This document shows, piece after piece, positions 62,701 through 64,000 of a stretch of 64,000 nucleotides of DNA (within the stretch, counting starts at the first letter, position 1; the number at the start of each line of letters is the position of its first letter). The notes under the pieces are model-generated. The model searched no databases. It saw only the letters and a program-made list of their open reading frames with translations, and was not told the DNA's origin. The stretch spans positions 16,616,001 to 16,680,000 of the forward strand of contig OZ059897.1 in assembly GCA_964057225.1 (NCBI GenBank), written 5' to 3'. The stretch is from Auanema rhodensis (Eukaryota; Animalia; Nematoda). The translations under genes and the position numbers were made by a program.

Positions 62701-63795
62701 GAAAAACACGGAGGTAAATAGAAATTTTTATAATATTTTAAAAATTAATCATAATGAACTTATTTTGTTCTTAATCATAATATTTAATAATAACAATATT
62801 ATTATTATAATGAAGAAATATTTAATATTTGTTTTGCAGAATTAAGAGATGAAAAGGTTGCTCCTCATAAAGATGCTTGGACAAAATTCTTATCAAATGA
62901 AGATCATGGGCAAAGAACTGTATTTGAATGTGAATTTGAAGATAGAATATTAGCTGTAAGCTTACATCAAGAAAATAATATTTTCTAATTTTTTTATTTT
63001 AAAGACTGAAGATGAAACATATCCTGAACGTATAGCTAGGTTAAGTCCTGAAGAAAACTTAGATTTTCATATGGCATATAATGCTAATAAGGTAAATCCT
63101 TTTCTATAAAATTTCAAATATTTTTAAATTTTCTTTGTAATAATATTTATTTTTTAGAGTTCTTGTGATAGTGAATGTGAACTATTAACTATATTAACAT
63201 ATGCATCAACAGTACAATTTGTAACAGCAACAGTTAAAAAAGCTAAATGTCTTCCTTATAATAATGGTAAATATTTTAAAAAATAAATAATTTTTCTTAT
63301 TTAAATTTATTTATTTAAGCTCCATTTGCTCGAATAATGTTATTTGATGGAAGACGATTAGTTGAACAAAAACAAACAACTGTAAATCCAGCTGTTCGTC
63401 ATAAATCATCAATGGAGTAAGTATTAATTATAAATTTTTCTTCTATTAAAATCTTTTTTTTCTTAGATCCTCATCTAAACCATCATCATCTTCTGTTTCA
63501 TCTTCATTATCATCTTCATCTGGTGATGCATCTTTCTCAGAATCATTCTTATTCCACATAACACCTGATAAATTAGATAAGTGCCATATAGTTATTGAGG
63601 TTAGTTATAATATTATTTATAACTTATTTATATTTTATTTAGATGTTCGATCATGAAGACAACGGACAAGCCACTTCCGTTGGTCATTGTGTTCTAGGAC
63701 GTCTAGGTCAAGGAACAGGACAAGCTCATTGGGTTCATATGCTGAAAAAACACGGATTGCCGGTGTGTATGTGGCATAAAATTGGAATCAATTAG
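22678..63795 (+). CDS. Large multi-exon gene (~798 aa): long low-complexity N-terminal region with a C-terminal synaptotagmin C2B-like domain
   Basis: Phase-compatible GT-AG exons: 22678-22803, 23055-23148, 47391-47462, 49198-49374, 49418-49493, 50420-50517, 52130-52312, 52492-52632, 52759-52834, 53895-53993, 54838-54926, 56216-56312, 57418-57520, 62280-62363, 62447-62556, 62637-62713, 62840-62955, 63005-63091, 63158-63266, 63320-63416, 63467-63599, 63643-63795. Total 2397 nt with no internal stop. The joins across the long introns (23149-47390, 57521-62279) are inferred from phase only, so this could be two genes. Confidence 0.65.
27167..27258. repeat. (GA)n microsatellite
   Basis: Long imperfect GAGAGA run. 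Confidence 0.9.
31085..31107. repeat. (TG)n microsatellite
   Basis: About 11 TG units. Confidence 0.9.
39265..39433 (+). CDS. Probable alternative first coding exon MWGHKEKPESLLLRSHFSPMGGLMHHHPQHDLYRNLHTTSRPNVLWKGDTARKKRF
   Basis: GTTCAG acceptor 6 nt before the ATG; GC-richer island; phase-1 G|GTATGT donor compatible with exon 47391. Confidence 0.65.
47391..57520 (+). CDS. Central block of 11 coding exons (Ser/Arg/acidic-rich, probably disordered)
   Basis: Continuous open frame across canonical splice sites, e.g. PFCSPIVPHVPIRQRLSTRRCTS / VDVSDDAMAAQNCC...DSESTIR / DASSPPGKGSPPLSPTKKTFSTLKAK / LFGKREKRSESRS... / ...YRQPIRTLSCPDLSTL... Confidence 0.8.
62059..62178 (+). CDS. Probable internal alternative first exon MPSLDDSTVAAFWWRQKRHPRVFHVRTPSPRSHSYDSPHR
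   Basis: ACAG acceptor 1 nt before the ATG; phase-0 GT donor compatible with exon 62280. Not in phase with exon 57418-57520. Confidence 0.55.
62280..63795 (+). CDS. 3' block of 9 exons including a synaptotagmin C2B-like domain (63158-63795)
   Basis: CELLTILTYASTVQFVTATVKKAKCL...PFARIMLFDGRRLVEQKQTTV...FSESFLFHITPDKLDKCHIVIEMFDHE...VGHCVLGRLGQGTGQAHWVHMLKKHGLPVCMWHKI* follows the C2B pattern, including the terminal HW..ML....P...WH motif. Confidence 0.88.
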
Positions 63796-64000
63796 GCTTT
63801 TATCCTGTACCTTCACTTTAGATTTTCTAAAATTCATTGTTAAAAAAGAAAAATAATGATATAATCATCATATTCTCATCCATATGTGGAATAGGAAATA
63901 TTCAAGAAGAGGATATGCTATTCATTTGAAAAGCAAATCATCTTCATCATTGATTTTCTTTTTTACTGTCATGTATTGATCTCTTATACTATTATATTTT

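Overview
Eukaryotic, very AT-rich DNA that looks like nematode sequence (TTTCAG splice acceptors, many 43-60 nt introns). (1) 1-13492 is a tandem array of ~169-bp units, each holding an 84-nt tRNA-Ile(UAU) gene with a 10-nt intron. I count about 51 uninterrupted full-length copies, plus one cut by the window edge and one split by an insertion. (2) The insertion (6470-11041, 4572 bp) is the most unusual object in the window. It carries an intact 1177-aa Ty3/Gypsy Pol (protease-RT-RNase H-integrase) but has no gag, no PBS and no 5' LTR. It is bounded instead by perfect 43-bp terminal inverted repeats (CGTTAC...GTAACG) and a 4-bp target-site duplication (AGTG), which is the last 4 nt of the tRNA intron. 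A PPT and a single LTR-like segment lie at its 3' end, and the left TIR is an inverted copy of that LTR's last 43 bp. (3) Right of the array are the 3' exons of a trypsin-like serine protease gene, an internally deleted mariner transposon, and a possible 3-exon 57-aa microprotein gene. (4) 22.7-63.8 kb holds one long multi-exon + strand gene (22 phase-compatible exons, ~798 aa, probable alternative first exons) ending in a synaptotagmin C2B-like domain. All coordinates and counts were read by eye; no searches were run.
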